A DNA stretch of 64,000 nucleotides, taken from NCBI GenBank assembly GCA_020723305.1, contig DYJC01000001.1:392661-456660 (forward strand), in the 5' to 3' direction. Source of the DNA: Desulfosudis oleivorans. GTDB lineage: Bacteria > Desulfobacterota > Desulfobacteria > Desulfobacterales > SURF-7. Of the stretch, positions 57,757-64,000 are shown one piece after another. The stretch's first letter is position 1. Every line of letters starts with the position of its first letter. Below the pieces are notes generated by a model. That model was given only the letters and a program-made list of their open reading frames with translations. It had not been told where the DNA came from and did no database searches. Position numbers and translations under genes: made by a program.

Positions 57757-59247
57757 TTAAATATCCTGAATCCCGAACCTGGTGACCAAACGTGACAAAT
57801 AGGTCCTTTGAATCCCCATAACCTGAGCAGCCTTGCTTCGATTTCCCCCTGTATTTTTCAGGTTCAACTTGACAAACTCTTTCTTGAATTCATTCAATGC
57901 ATCTTCCAGAGAAATCCCGACTTGCATACCGGGGTATTTTGTTTTCGGATCAAAAATCGGCAAATCCTCGGGCAGCACCTTTTTCCCGTTACCCATTACA
58001 ACTGCCCGTTCTAAAGCATTGCGCAACTCCCTCACATTTCCCGGCCAGTTGTATCCAATCATTTTTTCCATAGCCTCTTCCGATATAATCAACCCTGGAG
58101 TTCCTCTTTCCAACCGAAAAGATTCGATGAAGTGTTCCGCAAGGAAAGGAATATCTGCTTTTCTTTCTCGAAGTGGCGGCATCTCAATTGTGACAACATT
58201 CAATCGATAATACAAATCCTCCCTGAACTTGCCCTCTTCAATTTCCTTAAGAATTTCACGGTTTGTGGCAGATATAACCCTCACATTGACATGGACGGGT
58301 GTGTTCCCGCCAACACGATAAAAAATCCCTTCCTGTAGTACCCTGAGGAGCTTTGCCTGCATACCCGGACTCATCTCACCAATTTCATCCAGAAACAGGG
58401 TTCCTTGATCGGCGAGCTCAAATTTACCAATTTTTTTATTGATCGCACCAGTGAAAGCCCCTTTCTCATGGCCGAAAAGTTCATCTTCCAGCAATGATTC
58501 AGGGAGTGCCGCACAATTCAAAACAACCAATGGTTTATCTTTTCGAAGACCAACCCGGTGAATCAACCGGGCAAGCAACTCCTTTCCGGTTCCGCTTTCA
58601 CCAAGAATTATCGTACTTGTAGTCGAATTTGCTACCTTTGTGGCTTCCTGTATAATTTTCTGAATTGAACTGCTATTTCCAACGATTTGATATTTTGCTG
58701 CGAGCTCCTCTTTTAAATCTCTATTTTCACGGTCTACCTGTACGATTTTCCGTGCATTACCGATTGCATGGGCAGCAAGCTCTCCGAACTCCGTCAATAT
58801 TTTCAAGTCGTCATCAACAAACGATGTCCCATTGATTTTATCGATAATCTCAATTACGCCAATAATTTCATCACCAACTTTCATGGGTGCGCAAATAATT
58901 GAATGGGTTTGAAAACCAATGGACTCGCTGATATCCTTATTCCAGCGTGGATCTTTTCGTACATCTGAAATCAGCAAGGGTTCTCCTGTCTGTGCCACCT
59001 TACCGGCGATCCCTTCTCCAATTTTTATCTTAAACCGCTTCAGTTCTTCTTTTTTATCGCCTGTAGCAACTTTGAAATATAGATCCCCTGTCTCCTGCTC
59101 CAGCAATAGCAATGATCCAGCCTTTGACTGCATGATACGTACTGCTTTTTCAACAGTAAATTCAAGGAACTGATCCAGATTCTGTATAGGAGAAGCCTCT
59201 CCGAGGTGATCAGAATAATCTGTTTGTCCGTTTAATCTCTTTTTCAT
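57757..59247 (-). CDS. GAF-domain sigma-54-dependent transcriptional activator
   Basis: N-terminal GAF domain (AGSLLLLEQETGDLYFKVATGD...), GESGTGKE, GAFTGA, and a C-terminal HTH NRSKAAQVMGIQRTYLSRL. Confidence 0.9.
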   Translation of the reverse strand: MKKRLNGQTDYSDHLGEASPIQNLDQFLEFTVEKAVRIMQSKAGSLLLLEQETGDLYFKVATGDKKEELKRFKIKIGEGIAGKVAQTGEPLLISDVRKDPRWNKDISESIGFQTHSIICAPMKVGDEIIGVIEIIDKINGTSFVDDDLKILTEFGELAAHAIGNARKIVQVDRENRDLKEELAAKYQIVGNSSSIQKIIQEATKVANSTTSTIILGESGTGKELLARLIHRVGLRKDKPLVVLNCAALPESLLEDELFGHEKGAFTGAINKKIGKFELADQGTLFLDEIGEMSPGMQAKLLRVLQEGIFYRVGGNTPVHVNVRVISATNREILKEIEEGKFREDLYYRLNVVTIEMPPLRERKADIPFLAEHFIESFRLERGTPGLIISEEAMEKMIGYNWPGNVRELRNALERAVVMGNGKKVLPEDLPIFDPKTKYPGMQVGISLEDALNEFKKEFVKLNLKNTGGNRSKAAQVMGIQRTYLSRLVTRFGIQDI

Positions 59248-59487
59248 TCTAAAAACACCAGCAATATGATTAATTTAATAACTATTTTGGATTGAAACCA
59301 TTGTGACATGAACGATAAAAAAGCATAACCGAAAGAGATCTGTGTGTCAAACAAAAGGGGAAATATCCGGAAATTGAGAGTACGTCTGTAACCATTCGTA
59401 TTTATAAATTTACTATTGAAATGGGATCAAAAAAGTATCGCAGGGATTTAAATTAACCACGTTATCCATGCGGAAAGACCATAAGGG

Positions 59488-60426
59488 TTACTTTGCTCCG
59501 GCGATTTTAGCAAATTGCGTATCAACAAATTTTTCCAGATCAATTTTATTTTGCATTTTTTTCATAATATCACACATATAATCTTGTATCACAGCCAGGT
59601 CCTCAATCACCGGGAACAATTCTCCTGTTGTAATGCGATCAGCAGGCGTAGTTAGAACACGCTCGACAATCGCTTTATCTTGACCCAGAAAATCCGCTCC
59701 AATGGCCGCTGCTGCCGAAGGCTGAGCATCAATGGACATACCAGACCGAACAAGGCTGGTGGTAAGTTCCTGGACGCCATCTGGGTTTTTCCCAATTATT
59801 TCATTACGCACAACAAAAACACAGCAAGGATGGTTTGGCCAGAGATCTTTGGAAAGACACATCTCCTCGCAAAGACCACCGGCAATTGCCTGTGAACCGA
59901 TTGGCTCTGCAACGATAAATCCGCCGATTTCTCCTTCTTCATCGTATTTAATTGCATCATTCATCATCATTGGAGCCATTACCTCAAGTACGACATCAAC
60001 TCCTGGTTCATTGCTGGTGCCGGGTTTTAATCCTTTTTCTGAAAGCAACCTGTGAAATAGCATATTATGGACGGAAAGCTGGTATGGAATTAAAACCGCT
60101 TTCCCGGCAAAATCCTCGATTTTTTCTATATTTGCCGCTTTGCTTTTTACCAGCACGCTTCCTGATTTATGGGTAAATAAAATAAGCTTAATACCGACTC
60201 CGGATTTAAACAGATCCATTGCAGTGGGAGCCAATATGAACGCGCCATCGATGCTGCCGTTTGCCAGTGCATCAGCAACCTCATTCCAGCCGTTCTTTAG
60301 AACTGTTTTCAGAGTACAATGTTCGAATACTTCTTTCCCCTTTTTTTGCTTTAAGTCTGTGACGCCAAGAATGAGATGATCCGTAATTTTCAGATGTCCA
60401 ACCTTGATAACCGGTTTTTCTGTCAT
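59488..60426 (-). CDS. NMT1/NrtA-type (NitT/TauT family) substrate-binding-like protein without signal peptide
   Basis: The type II periplasmic-binding-protein-fold pattern (KVGHLKITDHL, DGAFILAPTAM) is present, but the N-terminus MTEKPVIKVGH has no hydrophobic leader. No permease or ATPase genes are adjacent. Confidence 0.65.
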   Translation of the reverse strand: MTEKPVIKVGHLKITDHLILGVTDLKQKKGKEVFEHCTLKTVLKNGWNEVADALANGSIDGAFILAPTAMDLFKSGVGIKLILFTHKSGSVLVKSKAANIEKIEDFAGKAVLIPYQLSVHNMLFHRLLSEKGLKPGTSNEPGVDVVLEVMAPMMMNDAIKYDEEGEIGGFIVAEPIGSQAIAGGLCEEMCLSKDLWPNHPCCVFVVRNEIIGKNPDGVQELTTSLVRSGMSIDAQPSAAAAIGADFLGQDKAIVERVLTTPADRITTGELFPVIEDLAVIQDYMCDIMKKMQNKIDLEKFVDTQFAKIAGAK

Positions 60427-60466
60427 GAGCTCCCTCCTTCAATTATTAGACATTCACGAATGATAT

Positions 60467-60841
60467 TTACGCAAATATTTTTTCAAGTTTTTCAATAATC
60501 GCATCTGCCGTAAAAGGCTTGACAACATAGTTTGAAACACCTGCCTTAACCGCCTCGATCACGTTTTGTTTTTGCGCTTCTGCTGTCACCATGAGAACGG
60601 GTATTTCTTTGAACTCACTGTGTGAACGAATCGTTTTCAATAATTCCAGCCCGGTCATTTTGGGCATGTTCCAATCGGATATCACAAGATCAAATTGTGT
60701 TTTGCTCATTGCCTCTAAAGCTGTTATGCCATCATCAGCCTCTGAAATGTTGGTAAATCCGATCTGCTTGAGGATATTCTTTAATATTCTACGCATTGTG
60801 GCAAAATCATCTACAACTAAAATTTTCTTTGAAAAATCCAT
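60467..60841 (-). CDS. cheY: Chemotaxis response regulator CheY
   Basis: ILVVDDFATMRRI, ISDWNMPKMTG, MVTAEA and VVKPF, the canonical CheY residues, in 124 aa. Confidence 0.88.
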   Translation of the reverse strand: MDFSKKILVVDDFATMRRILKNILKQIGFTNISEADDGITALEAMSKTQFDLVISDWNMPKMTGLELLKTIRSHSEFKEIPVLMVTAEAQKQNVIEAVKAGVSNYVVKPFTADAIIEKLEKIFA

Positions 60842-60879
60842 TTAGGCCCTCCGTTTATCGTATGATTTTTCATTCAGAA

Positions 60880-61022
60880 GAGCCAATTTCAAAAGTCTGT
60901 TGTTGTAGTTCCGGCGAAAACTAGACACGCAGTGAAGCGTAGCGCTATCCGGTATTTTCGACTCTTTTCTATGCACTGGCATTCGACGGTGTGACGCTTT
61001 ATGATAGTTTTGAAATTGGCTC
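60880..61022 (+). repeat. MITE-like hairpin element, medium variant (143 bp)
   Basis: Perfect 15-bp terminal inverted repeats gagccaatttcaaaa / ttttgaaattggctc. It is flanked by direct TCAGAA and lies in the cheX-cheY spacer, 10 bp from the cheX stop. Confidence 0.85.
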
Positions 61023-61032
61023 AGAATCGATA

Positions 61033-61491
61033 TTATTCAAAACATACCTCTATCGTAAAATTCCCATCATCGGTTGTAAAAGGAATAGCGAATTTGGGTC
61101 CATTCGCGATACCATAAATTGTATGATTTTTCCCAGTTACCACGGTTGGAATGGCTGCTTGAAAAATTTTACCCATCTCTTCAAGCCCAATCCGGGCTTG
61201 TCCGGAAATCATATTGGTTATTTCTCCAACCGCATCCTGAACATCTCTATTGATCGTATAAACCTTCTCACCCAGCATATTGGAGACAATTTTTAAAATA
61301 CAACTTTCGTTAAATGTAACTGAAATGGTACCGTTTTGCTCTCCTGTGATACCAATAATTCCTGAGACATCACCTATAGCAATGGAATCTTTCTTCAGAT
61401 AAACTTTTCCAGCTGTTGACTTCACAAAAGCCATTGTTTCCAAAACTTTTATAGTTGCACTGATAAAAGGGTTGATGATTTTTACATCCAC
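61033..61491 (-). CDS. cheX: CheY-P phosphatase CheX (CheC/CheX/FliY family)
   Basis: 152 aa with INPFISATIKVLETM and the active-site-type segment DAVGEITNMISGQ. Confidence 0.8.
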   Translation of the reverse strand: MDVKIINPFISATIKVLETMAFVKSTAGKVYLKKDSIAIGDVSGIIGITGEQNGTISVTFNESCILKIVSNMLGEKVYTINRDVQDAVGEITNMISGQARIGLEEMGKIFQAAIPTVVTGKNHTIYGIANGPKFAIPFTTDDGNFTIEVCFE

Positions 61492-61821
61492 AGACGTAAC
61501 CTCCCATCCTAAAATTTAATTATTGAAAAACAATAGAGAGTATTTTGAACCATTAAAATTGAAGGCCCAAGCCACAAATCAAAATTTTTCGTAGTAAATC
61601 CGGTACAATTCAGTAAGATCTATGATGATGATTTTTTTGAAATAATCAGATAAGAGTAAAAAGATAATGATGCATTTCGCTAACGCTACTGTTTTATGTA
61701 TATCACAATAATTAAATCCGGTCTATAATAACTTCATAAAAAAATATTTCAATCGTTCTCATAACCACACGATCCCAAAGGATTCAGTGTAATCCAGATC
61801 ATATTCAAATCTGTATATCCT

Positions 61822-62943
61822 TCACCTTTCTTCTAATAAAAAGGGGGCAACCCGGGATGACTCATTGATTCCTTTGGAAATCACCAAATTCCGTCCAATA
61901 GCAATGCCATCGGCTTCCACCGCTGGACTCCGATGACCACTATATTTTAAAGTTGTTTTCAAATTTGGATATTTATAATCGACAAACTGCCTAAGTCTTG
62001 AATCTTCGACTACAACCATCTCCCAACCTTCAACAGCCGATCTGCCATTATCCTGGTCTTCCAGCTTTTGACGGAACCCTTTGATGATCCCCGTGGAAAA
62101 ATCGATTCTATGATAGTGATTATATAACGTGCCGACTTTATATTCATCCCACTTACGGTTACAATAAAGCTTAATGAACATATACACATATTCAGCGATC
62201 ATCAGATTTTTATCGGTCCCGCTGATTTCAAGTACTCTCCCCATTTTCCCTTTGTCTAAAACAAACGCCGATACCCAAACTCCTTTTACAAAATAATAAT
62301 CGATGATCAAATTTGCCAAATAGTATTCATCGCTGGAATGGCGGAGCCTTGGAAACCCCAGAAAAATGCTTTTATACCCTCTTTTTGCATCTGTTTGAAT
62401 AAGCTGCACATTATATTTTTTAATCAGCAGTCTTGCCTTTGCCATAGCAGCCTCAGCTTCATTTTGATTCCGGCTTTCCGCCAGGGCCATCAGCTTTTTT
62501 ATCCGGATTATTATTTTATCTTCTGTCGCAACCGAATCATATTGGATCTGTTCATGCAGCGTTCTGTATTTCCCTGAGGCTTTAGGATTTGCTCTTAATA
62601 AGAGGCAGGCCTCCTGAAAAATCGGACCATGTGCGGACTCATCCTCTCCGGAAAAAACTTCTGATGCGAGCTGGTGTGCCATTTCGTGAAGCAAAACATC
62701 TTTTATTGAATCCCAGGGATGGTTTAAAACAAAATCGATGCTAAGACATATTTCTCTTTTGGATTTAGACCAATATCCAAGACATTGTTTCATATCGGAC
62801 AAACGAAACAAAGGCCTTCGCATTTGTCTTTGGATATCGGGCGTTAGAAGGATTCGTGCAGCATCCCATTCACAGGCAAGGCCATGAACGATTCGTTTTT
62901 CCAACTCTTCCCGGCAGATTGATTTGTCTTTATACTGCATCAA
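61822..62943 (-). CDS. SprT-like zinc metallopeptidase domain fused to DUF2786-like and C-terminal uncharacterised domains
   Basis: The HExxH motif in VLLHEMAHQL, followed by IIIRIKKLMALAESRNQNEAEAAMAKARLLIKKY (DUF2786-like helix pair), then about 190 aa of unknown function. Confidence 0.5.
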   Translation of the reverse strand: MMQYKDKSICREELEKRIVHGLACEWDAARILLTPDIQRQMRRPLFRLSDMKQCLGYWSKSKREICLSIDFVLNHPWDSIKDVLLHEMAHQLASEVFSGEDESAHGPIFQEACLLLRANPKASGKYRTLHEQIQYDSVATEDKIIIRIKKLMALAESRNQNEAEAAMAKARLLIKKYNVQLIQTDAKRGYKSIFLGFPRLRHSSDEYYLANLIIDYYFVKGVWVSAFVLDKGKMGRVLEISGTDKNLMIAEYVYMFIKLYCNRKWDEYKVGTLYNHYHRIDFSTGIIKGFRQKLEDQDNGRSAVEGWEMVVVEDSRLRQFVDYKYPNLKTTLKYSGHRSPAVEADGIAIGRNLVISKGINESSRVAPFLLEER

Positions 62944-63012
62944 TGCTTCGAGTTTTCTCCAATCGATTCATGATTTTTGTAAAAAATAATTCAAATGAGT
63001 ATTTTCAGGATG

Positions 63013-63324
63013 TTATTTCTCAGGCAAAATGATTCTTTGTTTATCCGGATCTGTCTGCTTACGGTAAAAGATAGCCGTGTGTCCGATCATACCAACCATT
63101 TCACTTTGTGTCTTTATTTCAAGATCACGAATGATTTCATTTTTTTGTTCTTTTTCCTTACAATCAATAAATTTAATTTTAATAAGCTCATGAGCTTCAA
63201 TTGCATCTTCAATTGCCAGTAAAACCGCTTCGGTTTTACCCTTTTGCCCGATAAAAACAACCGCTTTCAGACTGTGTGCAATCCCACGAAGGTATTTCCG
63301 TTGAAAGCCCTTCAGCTTTTTCAT
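63013..63324 (-). CDS. yhbY: Ribosome assembly RNA-binding protein YhbY (CRS1/YhbY domain)
   Basis: MKKLKGFQRKYLRGIAHSLKAVVFIGQKG...ELIKIKF matches the family pattern. The start was moved to this ATG because the 35-codon extension in the track ORF runs into the repeat element. Confidence 0.8.
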   Translation of the reverse strand: MKKLKGFQRKYLRGIAHSLKAVVFIGQKGKTEAVLLAIEDAIEAHELIKIKFIDCKEKEQKNEIIRDLEIKTQSEMVGMIGHTAIFYRKQTDPDKQRIILPEK

Positions 63325-63349
63325 ATCAATGCTCCGTTTTTTATAATGG

Positions 63350-63515
63350 GAGCCAATTTCAAAAGTCTGTTGTTGTCGTTCCGGCGAAAACGAGACACGC
63401 AGTGCAGTTTTCCAAGCCGCCAGGCGCAACCGTAGCGCTATCCAGTATTTTCGGCTCTTTTCTGGGCACTGACATTCGCCGGTGTGACGCTTTATAATCG
63501 TTTTGAAATTGGCTC
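63350..63515 (+). repeat. MITE-like hairpin element, long variant (166 bp)
   Basis: Same termini as the other copies. It contains 23 and 44 extra central nucleotides relative to the 143- and 122-bp copies. It lies between a hypothetical gene and yhbY. Confidence 0.85.
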
Positions 63516-63520
63516 ACAGG

Positions 63521-63910
63521 TTATCCCTTTTTTGCGTCAAGCATCGCTTCCGCTTCTTCAAGTGAATATGCATTTTTTGCATGATACCCAACCGTCACGG
63601 AAACTTTATCAAACTGAAAATGCGCAAATGATCCAAATCTTTTAATGATTCTAACCACATTGGACATCCCCGCTTCGACAAGCCTTTTTTGTGCCCGAAA
63701 AATAAACGTTTCAGACTCATCATGCTGTACCTGATATTCTCTAAGATCTGTGATACAGTCAAATCCCTTTTTCAACATCTGAATTTTGCTTTCAATTTCC
63801 TGGATGAGCAATTCCCTTTCATTCTTTTCCGGCATATCACCAATTGTAATATAGAGTCTGTTTTTTTCTTTATCTGCTTTCACCTTAAACATTACGGCCT
63901 CCGTTTTCAT
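63521..63910 (-). CDS. Hypothetical protein (129 aa)
   Basis: ORF with coding-like composition. I recognise no family. Confidence 0.45.
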   Translation of the reverse strand: MKTEAVMFKVKADKEKNRLYITIGDMPEKNERELLIQEIESKIQMLKKGFDCITDLREYQVQHDESETFIFRAQKRLVEAGMSNVVRIIKRFGSFAHFQFDKVSVTVGYHAKNAYSLEEAEAMLDAKKG

Positions 63911-63934
63911 GAAACGAATGTTATTACTTTCATT

Positions 63935-64000
63935 TCATAGAGTCTGGTCATCCCGTCTTATGCCGACAACCATGGTTTGATACACCAAGATTGCATTCAG
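63935..64000 (-). CDS. Possible 3' end of a gene entering from the right edge
   Basis: The open reverse frame ...LNAILVYQTMVVGIRRDDQTL* ends at the complement of 63935-63937. It is too short to identify. Confidence 0.2.
   Translation of the reverse strand: MNAILVYQTMVVGIRRDDQTL

Noticed and set aside
63325-63429. A 35-codon N-terminal extension of yhbY in the ORF track. Similar extensions occur for csp (31041-31136), surE (31201-31263), gspI (53509-53634) and the pilA activator (10679-10783).
   Set aside because: The extensions run into a repeat element or a UTR. They lack homology-like sequence, and the internal ATGs give canonical N-termini, in several cases with good RBSs.

Overview
The window is a chromosomal segment with low GC content. 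Gene content suggests a sulfate-reducer-like Desulfobacterota (Deltaproteobacteria) genome. Supporting features are a COG1900 homocysteine-synthesis gene, a VKOR-DsbA fusion and heavy sigma-54 regulation. This taxon call is inference only. All family assignments come from reading motifs in the supplied translations; no database search was run.

Genes and elements, left to right:
1. A type IV pilin gene with a textbook sigma-54 promoter and an adjacent NtrC/PilR-type activator. Downstream lies a tight five-gene operon: three tandem TMTC-like GT-C+TPR enzymes, a VKOR-DsbA fusion and an ArnT-like GT-C that is cut by the window edge.
2. Housekeeping genes: pyrC, pyrB, lepB and COG1900; then kdsA-kdsC-lptC-lptA-lptB-rpoN-hpf-ptsN-rapZ-EIIA(Man)-rimI; then gap-tpiA-secG-tRNA-Leu(GAG).
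3. A small accessory patch directly after the tRNA: a vapBC cassette bracketed by about 250-bp inverted repeat modules, then a GDSL lipoprotein lipase with a Lif-like foldase.
4. mutY, csp, surE, tmk, an orphan gene, a ferredoxin, a LarA-like gene, an outer-membrane protein (OMP), a methyl-accepting chemotaxis protein (MCP), and a HEAT-repeat membrane protein with a CPBP protease.
5. A complete type II secretion cluster in the order gspGHIJKLMNCDE, extended by a YidD-like gene and a TPR/TM gene, with gspF convergent on the other strand.
6. A ParA/RHH pair, an in-frame split NtrC-type regulator, a GAF-containing sigma-54 activator, a leaderless substrate-binding-protein-like (SBP-like) protein, cheY, cheX, a SprT/DUF2786-like protein and yhbY.

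A MITE-like hairpin repeat family is scattered through intergenic sites: three nested-length copies plus one solo end.

The most interesting candidates are the pilin-linked TMTC-like/VKOR-DsbA module, the repeat-bracketed vapBC cassette next to the tRNA, the hairpin element family, and the non-canonical accessory genes in the T2SS operon.
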